From the human T2T-CHM13v2.0 reference genome, Homo sapiens, in assembly GCF_009914755.1 (NCBI RefSeq), contig NC_060930.1: DNA of 64,000 nt. The stretch is one strand, 5' to 3'. The notes under the pieces are model-generated. The model searched no databases and was not told the DNA's origin. It was given only the letters and a program-made list of their open reading frames with translations. Both the position numbers and the translations under genes were made by a program. Shown piece after piece: positions 18,171-33,035 of the stretch (position 1 is the first letter of the stretch; each line of letters begins with the position of its first letter).

Positions 18171-18456
18171 CTGAGACGAACTTATCAGTTTACATTCTTG
18201 GGGTTCCATAAGGAAAAACAGGTTTCTCCCCCAAAGGGAGTCTGGCGGCGCCTTCTCCATTTTCTTTAAGGAACCTGAGGCTGTTATGAACTATTTTAGG
18301 TCCCCCATGCAGCAGACGGTGCAAGAAAAAGGAGAGACAGCATAAGTAAATGAAGAAACCAGAATTCAGCCAACTGAGAAGAAAAAACTTTTGCTCAAAA
18401 AAAACACAAGGTCTTAGGAGAAAAACAAAAACAAAAACATGAAAGCCTTTTAAATA

Positions 18457-18471
18457 CAAACACACACATAT

Positions 18472-18508
<37 letters not shown>
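18457..18508. repeat. (CA)n microsatellite
   Basis: Directly visible dinucleotide run. Confidence 0.9.
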
Positions 18509-18509
<1 letters not shown>

Positions 18510-19233
18510 CTTGGATGTTAGTTTTTAATTAAGCTGACTTTTAACCATTGAGTTCCTTTAGAAAAAATCTTTTTAAAATCTCATTACCATATTTCAGCTA
18601 GGACAAATTGCTGCTATTTCAGAAGTACAGCCACTGCTCTTTTAGTTTGGCCTGGCTAGCAAAAAAAAAGTGGACTTGTAAATAAAGCTCCTTATTAGTC
18701 AAAATCAAAAATCTTTCCTCTTTTTTTTTCCTTCTGCTAGTCATTTTCTTCCCCCAACCACACCACCTTTTTTGTGTGTGTGGTGGGGTGGTGGAATTTA
18801 GCCACTTCAGAGGCCTTGTTCCCCAAAATTAGGAGGAACTTCCTTCAGATTTGATCAAGTCGGATAGAGTTGATCAAACCCAATGGGAAAAAGACCAAAA
18901 CAACAACAAAAAACAGGTAAGCAAAACAAATGATCGCACAACTTACATCATTACTGAGCACTCTAATCGTAAGGAGAAATTAAGACCAGCTGATTGTTAA
19001 TTTTAACTTTAACTGAGACAAAGCCCAATGCAGTTACTTACCTAGGGATGGTTCTCAAGCTGTAGACTGCTCTCTACCACCCTAGAAGCAGGAAAAAAAA
19101 CCCTCATCTTCCCTGTTGAAAGCAAGCTCAAACTCCATAAAGGAGTTAACTGCCTTCCATCATCACGGAAGCAGGACAAACTTGCCTTCTTTGTGGTGGA
19201 AACAAGTAAAACTCCAAAAAAAAAGGAATTTTA

Positions 19234-19581
<348 letters not shown>

Positions 19582-19709
19582 TCAGGGATTCTCTAGAGGA
19601 GGTGCTTCCAGGCATCAGCAAATTGTCCTATTGGTTTGAGCCATAAAGATAGCTCAGGCTGGTACCAAGCACCAATAGATTTGTCAAAGGTCAGGAGCAC
19701 TTCTACTCA

Positions 19710-19729
19710 GAATCTCTTCATGGTTACCA
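19710..19729 (-). promoter_or_regulatory. Retroviral primer-binding site, tRNA-Arg(TCG)-like
   Basis: Minus strand reads TGGTAACCATGAAGAGATTC, 2 nt from the LTR. The + strand gaatctcttcatggttacca resembles the recalled tRNA-Arg(TCG) 3' end gaatcccttcgtggttacca (2 mismatches). Confidence 0.75.
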
Positions 19730-20789
19730 AATGTGAATCCCAAAAATCTGAGACAAGACAAGTCTCAGTTCATTTAGATAGTTTATTTTGCCAAGGTTGA
19801 GGACGCATGCCTGTGACATAGTCTCAGGAGGTCCTGACAACATGTGGCCAAGGTGGTCAGACCACAGTTTGGTTTTTAACATTTTAGAGAGACATGAGAC
19901 ATCAATCAATATATGTAAGATGAATACTGGTTTAGTCTGGAAAGGCGGGACAACTCAAAGCCTCATAGCAGGGAGGGGGCTTCCAGGTGATAGGTAGATA
20001 AGAGACAAATGGTTGCATTCTTTTTTTTTTTTTTTTTTTTTAGATGGAGTCTTGCTCTTGTCGCTCAGGCTGGAGTGCAGTGGCTCCATCTCGGCTCACT
20101 GCAAGCTCCGTCTCCCAGATTCAAGTGATTCTTGTGCCTCAGCCTTCCTGAGTAGCTGGGATTAGAGGCTACCACCATGCCTGGCTAATTTTTGTATTTT
20201 TAGTAGAGACAGGGTTTCACCATGTTGGCCAGGCTGGTCTCAAACTCCTGACCTCAGGTGATCCACCCACCTCAGCCTCCCAAAGTGCTGGGATTACAGG
20301 CGTAAGCCACTGCAGGTTGCATTCTTTTGAGTTTCTGATTAGCGTCTCCAAACGAGGCAATCAGATATGCATTTATCTCAGTGAGCAGAGGGGTGACTGA
20401 ATAGAATGGGAGGCAGGTTTGCCCTGAGCAGTTCCCAGCTTGACTTTTTCCTTTAGCTTCGTGATTTTGGTGGCCCAAAATATTTTCCTTTCACAGATCT
20501 ATGGATCTGGAGCCTTCCCTTGTCTTCTATACCAAATACTTAGGAATTATTGCATAAACTTAATAGTCCAAAAGTGAATTTCATTAAAAATGTTCATTTC
20601 AAAAGAATTATTTTAAACCATTGGCACTTTCAGCACCACTTCAGATACAGATGCAATTTCAAGGGCTTTAATTGCTTCAACTAAGACAAGCTGATTTTAT
20701 AATCTGTCACAGATTTATTTTGCATATTTAACCATTTCAATGTTTCTGTACATGATGCAGCTTGTATCTGTGCTACAAGTGAAGAGTAA

Positions 20790-21253
<464 letters not shown>

Positions 21254-21334
21254 CTAAAACTGCAACTTTGAATATTTGAGTCCTAAGTCTACTGTATTTC
21301 CTTGTTTTTTTAGGACTGTCAATAGTCAAAGAAC

Positions 21335-22270
<936 letters not shown>

Positions 22271-23647
22271 GAATGATACCCTCATAATAACCTGAAGATT
22301 CAGATGAAGTAAATGCACCACTTAATAAACTATAATGCCAGGTTTTAAATTGCATTCACCAATATTACAAAGGTTTTCTCACTGAAAATCAGTTAGTACT
22401 TTCCTGAGTTCAATAATTCATCCAAGCAACTGATCAGAGGTATGCATTTGAAAACTTTTTTGTTATTTTTAATAATAACTCTGTGACCTCATTTCTTTCA
22501 CTCAAAAGTCAATAAACCTACAATAGGAAGTCTTCCCATGAATATAGTAGTTCTGTAGATTTGTTTTGGGAGAATGAGGTTTGGGAAGACTGATCTTTCC
22601 TGCTTATTGTCCCTGTGGGGCATAATAGTGTCCACACATAATGAATAGTATGCATCCCCTCACAGGGTGATGCTAATGACACATGCCCTCCAGCAGCCCG
22701 CCCTGCATGCAGCTGATAGTGTGATAGCCCCTGCTGCAGGCATTCCTCTTCAATTTAAAAGCTGTAGAGAACATATCAGAGTTAGAAGGATGCAGACTCT
22801 CTGTTCCAGGAGAGTGATTACCTTCTGCAATCAAGCATGATAAAATTTATGATCTTTTACATATATTTGAAGACGTTGTCCTGTAGCATTACTAAAAGAT
22901 GTATAGAGGTCTGGAGAAATATTCTACAAGAACTATGTATGACATGTTATCTTCAGTAATAGGATATAAATTTATAGCAATATGATTTTTAAAGGAGTTG
23001 TAAGTTATTTGTATTCTTTATGTTCTGGGATAAAGAGAAAAGCTGGCTGAAATAACCAGGAATTTCCACCACCATTATGAGTTGTTTCTTTAGCTCTGAC
23101 TACAATGGCAAATTGAAACGGAGATTTTGGTATTTATCTGGTAAAGTGAAGCAAAAAGCAACTATACATGCCTACTGAAAAATAGTATTTGAAAACCTAA
23201 GTTATCCAAATTACCTGTACAAATTCACCAAATAAGTAGTCAACACTTACCCTACATGCTCAAAGCTGATATACAAGTATCTGGAGAATAAAAAAGGAAT
23301 ATTTTAATGGAAGCCTATTTAGTGAATGTGGAATTCAGGGAATGATGTCCCATCGTTAACAACTAAAATCTGAGAGATTTTCATGGAGTTATCAAAATGT
23401 TCTCTCATTTGTTAGCATCTAAAATAATTATGCCAGCAATATGGTCTACAGGCTGCTTCTACCAACTGACTAGACAACCATTTTCTCAAATTAAATTAAC
23501 CCCATACTCTATAGTTTATAGAAGTCTCTCTCAAAAAAGCTTCAACCTCTCACCAGACAGAGATATTTCTAATAGTGTTTATCTTCAGTGAAAAAAAAAA
23601 GCTCATACTTCATTAACTTTAAAAAAGTAAAGTAAGCCTTGCATTAA

Positions 23648-24438
23648 TGAAACAGGATAATTCCCTTGACCCCTTCGTGGGACTCAGACTATAGCTCTCA
23701 ACCCCTTACAGAAGTGGGAGCATGCAGGCGAGTGGGTACAGGGGCCAGGACAAGTGCTTCTGGGCAACCAGCAGGAGCAGAACTCCGTGAGAGCCCATGG
23801 CAGCATCTAGGGGTTGCCTGCCAACCCCAAGGCCCCAGAGGGCATGTGTTAGAGTGCACTCTCTTAGCTTTGCCATCCATGGTTGGCTTAAGTGTTACAC
23901 AGCTCAGTGGAGGGTCAGTGTGACAGCCTCTTGTACCCACACCCGGGTCCTTGTCCATCATCCAGGAAGAATAAGGTCACATGAATGAATTGAAGGGTGG
24001 TGAATGTGGAGGATTTTATTGAGCGGTAGAAGTGGCTCTCAGCTGGATGGGGAGCTAGAAAGGGAATGGAGTGGGAAGGTGGTCTTCCCCTGGAGTTTGG
24101 CCATCCCTGGCCAAACTCTTCTCCAAGGTCTTATCATTAAGCCATCCCTGTGAAGTCAAGCTGCTTCTCTCTGATGTCCAGCTGCTTCTTCTCTTGTCTC
24201 CAATGTCTGGCTGTTCCTTCTCTCCTTCTCTGCCTCTCTGCCAGTGGAGCCTGGCTTTTTATGGGTACAGGATGGGGGATAGGGTGGGCCAGGGTGGTTT
24301 TGGAAAAGGCAACATTTCCAGCTGGAAAACAGGAATGCATGTTTTCGCTTTGGGCTGCAGGTCCAGGTTTGAGGATGGGGCTTTGTCCGCGACACTGCCC
24401 TTTTCTGCTTAGTATTTCCCAACCTCCTGTCCGTATCA
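23648..24438 (-). mobile_element. LTR1-family solo LTR (ERV1)
   Basis: Minus strand begins tgatacggacaggagg..gggaaatact and contains gttgccttttccaaaaccaccctggccc; 791 bp; TG..CA ends; TSD ttaa/ttca. Confidence 0.75.
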
Positions 24439-24459
24439 TTCATTAGAAACAGCTTTGCC

Positions 24460-24781
<322 letters not shown>

Positions 24782-24949
24782 TCAGTGTCAAAAGATCTGT
24801 TTCCATTCTGGATCTGCCACTAACTAGAGGTGTGCCCATTTGACAAGTGCCTGTGATACCTTCAAAGACAATTCTTTTACAATGAGATTAATGTGTTAAA
24901 ATTTTTTTCACATATGAAATTAAACAAATATATAACAAAACTGTGTACC

Positions 24950-25335
24950 AAAATCTAGTCTCCCCTTCTTATCATTTCCCAGCCTCTCTTGCAGTTGGAT
25001 GGCCATGTGACTATATCCCCCCTGAAGGAATGTGAGTATAAAGTAATGTGGTAAATCTCACTTCAGGACTTAGTCTTTTTAGACAGTATATTTTCTCCAT
25101 GTTCCCTTTCCCTTCTACTAGCCAGATCCTAGGCATGGCAACCAGCCTAAATCATGCAGATGACAGTATACTCTGGTTATGCAAGAATAACAAGTTAGAA
25201 AGAGCCTCAGTCTCTGAATCACAGTATGGAATAGAGCCATTCACTGACCTGTACTCGTCGTGGGCACTTACATGAGAAATAAACTTACAATGTACTTAAG
25301 TGATTACAAATTTGGATTTATGTATCATGCACCCT
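24950..25335. mobile_element. Old MLT1-type MaLR LTR fragment
   Basis: tttcccagcctctcttgcagttggatggccatgtgact motif. Confidence 0.5.
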
Positions 25336-25443
25336 CTGATTTATTGGTTCCATTACCAGAAATACCTTCCTTCCAAGAACTTGGAAAAATGTGCACAATA
25401 TATTATTAAGTAAGGTGAGTATGTATCAGAAAAACAGATTGTC

Positions 25444-25918
<475 letters not shown>

Positions 25919-26127
25919 TCAGAAGAAGGTAATTACATTCTAGTCCATCAAGTTATTTTTATTTTTTGTTTCAGATTACAGGTGTCTGTTTCAAGAGAGT
26001 GTATATGAAGAATATGGTTTAAAACCAACATGAACATGATATAACCCAAAGAGAAAAATCAAATAATATTTTTAAATGCTTATTTGAAAAAAAATGGTAA
26101 AAGCTACTTACCAGCACAATTGCTTAG

Positions 26128-26498
<371 letters not shown>

Positions 26499-26599
26499 TG
26501 ATTGATACTAAGGGTACAAGGGGACAAGAGCCCTAGTCCCTGCCTTGAAAAAAATACACAAGTAGAAGAATCCTTTAGAAAAATGTAAATTTTTTTATT

Positions 26600-29050
26600 C
26601 CTAAAAACAAGGTTTAAATGCATACTTTCTAAAGTCACTGAAAAAGAGAAAACAAACAAAAATATAGTTATATACCAAAGTACAGAAAATAACTGAACAA
26701 AGAATAAGATACAGAAATAACAGCACGAGACGAAAAATTAAGATCAAAAGAGATACCAATAAATAAAATGTGACAAATTATATCATGAAAATACAAAAAA
26801 TTCAATTAAACAAATATATATATGTATATAGACACTATTTCTAGAAGTATCTCACAACTTTAGAACTAAAAGGATGACAAAGGGATAATAAATGAAAGCA
26901 AACACCAATAAAACAGAAATCACAATATTAGTAATATGTATAATAACAAAAATATTAAAATATGTAAAGCAAATATATTAAACAGAACAATAGAGGTTAT
27001 TTTATAATCATGAAAGATCTAATTAACACCAAAAATATAACTCTCAGAAGTCTTTATATGTTTGTATTTGTGTTCTCTTGCTGCATAACACAATACTACA
27101 AACTTAGCAGCTTGAAACATTACTCATTTATTATCTCATAGTTTCCATAGGTCAGAAGTCTGGGCCCAGTGTAGTTGCGTGCTTATAAAAGTATTGGTTA
27201 CTATTAGGATCTCACAAAATTGAAATTAAATCAAGATGCCAGCTAAGGTGTGTTCTCATCTACTCATCTAGGGTTTAGGATCCTCTTCCAAGCTCATTCA
27301 AGTTACTAGTGTTGGAAGTAAATGCTTGGTGCCACCAAGTGAAAATAGCACTCAGGCAAGTTTTCTCAGCAAGGCAATTTACTTCTATAGAAGGGTGCAT
27401 CTCATGGATACAGCAATGGCGAGAGCACACCAGACAAGGGAGGGGAAGGGAGTCTTATTCCTAAAGCATGCAGCTAGCCCCTACTGCTGCCTCTCTCCCC
27501 TATTGGCTAGGGTTGGACCACACAGTCTAAGCTAATGCTGACTGGCTATTTTAAAGAGAGCAAGGGTACCACCCAGAGTGGTGGGGTGAGTAGTTTCGGT
27601 GGGAGGCATGGTTACAGAACAGGTGACTAAGGATGCCTAAGGACAGCACAGGTGACTAAGGATGGCTGAGGACAGAGCATGTGACTAAGGATCCCTAAAG
27701 ACAGAACAGGTGATAGAGGCTAGGAGGGTAAAGAATGAGGACGTTAAACTTTAAAATGGAGGACAAAGGACAGGGAAGCTGAACATACTGACATATTGGT
27801 TTTTTGAAGAGGAACTCAGAATTCATTGTACTTAACAATTTTTCTTCCTCTTGAATTTTAAAGGAAGTTAACAGGCTAAACTTAGAAGAGGAATTTACTG
27901 TATCCTACATTAGTAAAATTCAGTTCCTTGAGACTGTAGGACTGGGGTGTCTGCTTTCTTGCTGGATATTGGCTGGGATCACTCTTAGCTCCTGGAAGCC
28001 GTGTGCAAGCCCTTGCTACACGGCCCCTCCCATAGGCAGTTCTCAACATGGCTGTTTGCTTCCGCAAGGCCAGCATGGGGCTCTCTCTCACTTCAAATCT
28101 CTCTAACCCCTTCTATTTCTGACCTTCCAACTCTCTTTTAAAGGTCTCACTTGATTTGGTCAGGCCCACTCAGGATAATCTATCATTTGATCAACTTAAA
28201 ATTGATTGATTCAGAACCTTAGTTATATCTGCAAAATCCCTTCAACTTTTCCATATAACATAACTTAATCATGGGACTCATAGCCACCCACATTCCCAGA
28301 TTTCTCTCACACTCAAGAAGAGGGGATTATTACGTGGAATGTATACTAGCCACCAGGAATTTTAGAGACCATCTTAGAATGCTACCTGCCAGTGTTGAAT
28401 TGTTTTTCATGAAAATATATTAGTTGTTAATATATTAAGTATATTAACCATTAAAAATGCAAAAAGATGGATTTTTAAAAATATATAAGTAGTGTGTTAT
28501 CATATATATTTCTGTCTTTGACAGACTGACTAGGCAGAAAAAAATGGACTACAATACAAGAAATCAGAATTATATAATTAAGATTGATTTGAAAGATTAT
28601 TGGAACTCTAAAAACAGAATATAGTTGTTTTTCCATTGTCTTATGGACTTAATCCTGTATTTGATAAAGTGAAAATCTTGGAGTCTGAAAAGTAAATATT
28701 ACATGGGCCAGTCTCTGAGTGCAAGACAATAGAGCTAACAGAAGAAAAAATTAACCAAAGTTATGCAGGCATTGAAAAAGTTTACTCTTTTAAATAATTT
28801 TTGATTCAAAGAAGAGAGGTGGGTATTACAATAATAACTTAGTGACAAAGGATTATAGAATGATAAGCATTCCAGCCAAAAACTTAGGGAAAGGAAATGA
28901 AACATAATCAAGGAATATAGGAAAAATAAATTAATTATAATAAAGCAAACATTAAAGAATTAAAACATTCAAAGTTTATTTTTTATGTTTGAAAAAGCAG
29001 TGAAGAATGTGGAAAGATATGTACTGACTTAACAGTGAGTGGTAATCCTT
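26600..29050 (+). mobile_element. Decayed old L1 segment interrupted by an MLT1 LTR (~27060-28395), itself interrupted by LTR10
   Basis: A-rich L1-ORF2-like sequence on both sides; MLT1 motifs tgctgcataac..acaaacttagcagctt and aaattcagttccttg..gctgtaggact continue across the LTR10. Confidence 0.55.
27310..27909 (-). mobile_element. LTR10-family (HERV-I group; LTR10F-like) solo LTR
   Basis: Minus strand begins tgtaggatacagtaaattcctcttc..gtttagcctgttaacttcctttaaaattcaagagg; 600 bp; TSD ctag/ttag; internal 29-bp tandem repeat. Confidence 0.75.
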
Positions 29051-29217
29051 TGAGGTGCAAACACAATTGTCTTTTTTTGTGGTTTAAATTTGTTATAATA
29101 AGCTTGGATTACTTTTATAATTATAAATAGATGATAGGTAGACAAACAAGGAATATTCTGGTTTTTAAAGATTAGCTAGAAAGTTCCAAGTATTATATAA
29201 ACCATTTTTCCAATATC

Positions 29218-29471
29218 TTTTTTTTCTCTTTGTTGAGACAGGGTCTTGCTCTATTGTCCAGGCTGGGTTCAAGCGATTCTCCTGCCTCAGCCTCCCAATT
29301 AGTATGGATTACAGGCATCTGCCACTACACCTGCCTAATTTTTTGTATTTTTAGTAGACATGGGGCTTCACCATGTTGGCCAGGCTGCTCTCAAACTCCT
29401 GATGTCAGGTGATCCACCCACCTGGGCCTCCCAGTGCTGGGATTACAGGCGTGTGCCACCACACCCAGCCC
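29218..29471 (-). mobile_element. Alu with internal deletion
   Basis: TSD catttttccaatatctt. Confidence 0.9.
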
Positions 29472-29788
29472 ATTTTTCCAATATCTTATGGAACATATTT
29501 AAAAATTCATCATGCAATAGTTCAAAATTAATGTCTCAAATTCCAAAATACAAATATTATATAGGCGTTGTCTCAAAACTCAAATAATAAAACTATAAAA
29601 TTATAATTTAAAAATAACTGAAAAAATAAAAAGTTAATTGTTTTTGACAAGTATTTTGATTTTTTAATTTTTTTAGTGGTTATAAATGTCTTTAGGTTTT
29701 TGTCTTTAAGTCAATTTTGGCAATTTATCATTTTCCTAGGAAATAACCTATTTTCTCTGGGTTTTCAAATTTGTTGGAATGAACTTGA

Positions 29789-30120
<332 letters not shown>

Positions 30121-30255
30121 TGTTTCAGTATTTTCAATACAATTTCTCATTCTTAATGTCTATAGTTATAATTTTTTTCTTAATTAACATTACTAGACTT
30201 TCACACGCTATATATATGTGTGTATATATATGTGTATGTGTGTATATATATATAT

Positions 30256-30271
30256 TTGTGTTTTTTTTTTG

Positions 30272-30302
<31 letters not shown>

Positions 30303-30584
30303 CTTAGTCTGGCTCTGTCGCCCAGACTAGAGTGCAGTGGCGCGATCTCAGCTCACTGCAAGCTCCGCCTCCGGGGTGAATTCACGCCATTCGCCTGCCT
30401 CAGCCTCCAGACTAGCTGGGACTACAGGCGCCCGCCACTACGCCGGGCTAATTTTTTGTATTTTTAGTAGAGACGGGGTTTCACCGGGTTAGCCAGGATG
30501 GTCTCGATCTCCTGACCTCGTGATCCGCCCGCCTCCCGCCTCCCAAAGGGCTGGGATTACAGGCGTGAGCCACCGTGCCCAGCC
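30256..30584 (-). mobile_element. AluY inserted in a (TA/TG)n microsatellite
   Basis: CpG-rich; TSD tgtatgtgt..atatata. Confidence 0.92.
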
Positions 30585-30659
30585 TGTATGTGTATATATA
30601 TATATTTTTTTTTTCAAAGAATTAGCTTTTAGATTTATTGAGAAATTGTACTATTGCTT

Positions 30660-33035
30660 TCTCTGCCGCTCTTGGTGCTGCTTGTATGCTCATTCTGAGA
30701 GGTGGCAGCGTGCTGGCAGCCTCGCAGCCCTCGCTCTCTCTAGGCGCCGCCTCCTCGGCCTTGGCGCCCGCTCTCGCGGCGCTTCAGGAGCCCCTTCAGC
30801 CCGCCGCTGCACTGTGGGAGCCCTTTTCTGGGCTGGCCAAGACCGAAGCCGGCTCCCTCGGTTTGCGGAGAGGTGTGGAGGGAGAAGCGTGGAGGGAGAG
30901 GCGCGGCTGGGAAGCCGGGCTGCGCGCGGCGCTTGCGGGCCAGCGCGAGTTCCAGATAGGCGTGGGCTCGGCGGGCCCCGCCCGTCGCAGCTACTGGCCG
31001 GCCCCGCCGGCCTGGGCAGTGAGGGGCTTAGCACCTGGGCCAGCAGCTGCTGTGCTCGATTTCTCGCGGGGCTTTAGCTGCCTCCCTGACGATCGCCGCC
31101 CCCTGCTCCACGGCGCCCAGTCCCATAGACCGCCCAAGGGCTGAGGAGTGCGGGCGCACGGCTCCGGACAGGCAGGGAACTCCACTTGCGCCCCCGGTGC
31201 AGGATCCACTGGGTGAAGCCAGCTGGGCTCCTGAGTCTGGTGGGGACTTGGAGAATCTTTATGTCTAGCTAAGGGATTGTAAATACAGCAATCAGCACTC
31301 TGTATCTAGCTCAAGGTTTGTAAACACACCAATCAGCACTCTGTGTCTAGCTCAGGGTTTGTGAATGCACCAATGGGCACTCTGTATCTAGTTAATCTGG
31401 GGGGGACTTGGAGAATCTTTATGTCTAGCTAAGGGATTGTGAATGCACCAATCGGCAGTTTGTATCTAGCTCAGGGTTTGTAAATACACCAGTCCACACT
31501 CTGTATCTAGCTAATCTAGTGGGGACCTGTAGAACTTTTGTGTCTAGCTCAAGGATTGTAAATGCACCAATCAGCACCCTGTCAAAACGGACCAATCAGC
31601 TGTCTGTAAAACAGACCAATCGGCTCTCTGTAAAATGGACCAATCAGCAGGATGTGGGCGAGGCCAGATAAGAGACTAAAAGCAGGCTGCCCGAGCCAGC
31701 AGTGGTAACGGGCTAGGGGCTGGTTCTATACTATGGAAGCTTGTGTTCTTTTGCTTTTTGCTATAAATCTTGTTATTGTTTATTGTTTGGGTCCACACTG
31801 CCTTTGTGAACTGTAACAGTCATTGCGAAGATCTGTAGTTTTACTTCTGAAGCCATCCTAGACCACGAACCCACCGGGAGGAACAGATAACTCCAGACAG
31901 GCCGCCTTAGGAGCTGTAAAGCTCACCGCAAAAACATGCAGCTTCACTCCTGAGCCAGTGAGACCACTGAACCCACCAGAAGGAAAAAACTCCGAACATA
32001 TCAGAACATCAGAAAGAACAAACTCTAGACATGCTGCCCTTAAGAACTGTAATACTGCTAGGGTGTGTGGCTTCATTCTTGAAGTCGGTGAGACCGAGAA
32101 CTCACAAATGTTAGACACAATCCGGTGCAGACTTGATACCTGTTTTATGAAGGGGCAGCTGAGGAGACTCTGGCGTTTCCCATGGCCTACGAAAAGCCCT
32201 AGGAAGGAGTCGAGCCTGAGAACAATGATCATATTAATTTGAAGGGGGCGGGGCGGTTCTGGGGTGCACTTTAAGAGGTATGCACCACTTAGTAAACTAA
32301 TTAAAGCCTATTGTGAATGACAGGGATTGTCAATGAGGCAGGTCAGATTCTGATTTGATGGGCAACCCATCAATGAAATAGATAACACCTACACAGTTGG
32401 AGGATGAAGATACAATCGATATGCTCCAACAGCAGACAGGAGGTGTTTCCTGAAGAGAGAACCTGGTTCTTCACTCCAGAACTGTTAACTTTAAAGACCA
32501 AGATTACATTCGCAATTAGAAAACCGATTTGGTTCCACCACATCGTGAGTACTATAATATAGCTTTCTCTATTCTTTCATTTCCCCCTTCCCCATTTCTT
32601 TATTGTACATAACGTAACTGGTGTATGTGCACAAGCATATTCCTTTTTTTTTTTTAACCAAGCAGCCAATGGTATGTTTCGATTGACATCAAGTGGTGAC
32701 GGGATGGGGAAAAACACTGAGGCTGTGGAAATACCCCATTTTCTCCATTAGTGGCATGCTCAGTCGGCTCTTACGTTTATATTCCAGTAAGTTATTTTGC
32801 TCTCACTATTTTAACAAAAAAATAAAAAAAATCCTTGCATACCTTGTTCAGTTGGAGAATTTTAATGTTTTTCATTTACCATTGTAAAACCAAGGACAAT
32901 TTTATACTTTTTTGTACGTAGCTGTTACGTGTAGGGCAATCTGTCTTTAGGGATAAATTACTCTAAAACAAAGAATCCTAGTTTTCCCTTCAAGTTAAGC
33001 ATCTTGTTTAAACTCCTTGTTTTAAATGAAAAAAA
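30660..33035 (+). pseudogene. SUMO2 processed pseudogene (5' UTR split by LTR12C; CDS relic 32182-32453; 3' UTR and A-tail)
   Basis: Intronless MAYEKP*EGVEPENNDHINLK...QQQTGGVS* similar to SUMO2. Premature TAG at 32200-32202, further stops and indels (272 vs 288 nt). SUMO2-like 5' UTR lies on both sides of the LTR; long SUMO2-like 3' UTR ends in an A-run. Confidence 0.93.
30696..32119 (+). mobile_element. LTR12C (ERV9) solo LTR
   Basis: Starts tgagaggtg.cagcgtgctggcag and ends gacaca; CpG-rich 5' part; tandem ctagctaagggattgtaaat.caccaatcagcac repeats with many CCAAT boxes; TSD attc/atcc; 1424 bp. Confidence 0.93.

Noticed and set aside
19710-19729. Possible tRNA gene fragment ending in CCA
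   Set aside because: Only ~20 nt, adjacent to an LTR: a primer-binding site, not a tRNA gene.
30520-31209. ORFs of 185, 168 and 114 aa
   Set aside because: Derived from the GC-rich 5' part of LTR12C.
31240-31650. Regularly spaced repeats that superficially resemble a repeat-spacer array
   Set aside because: Known LTR12 U3 enhancer repeats; eukaryotic DNA, no unique spacers, no cas genes.
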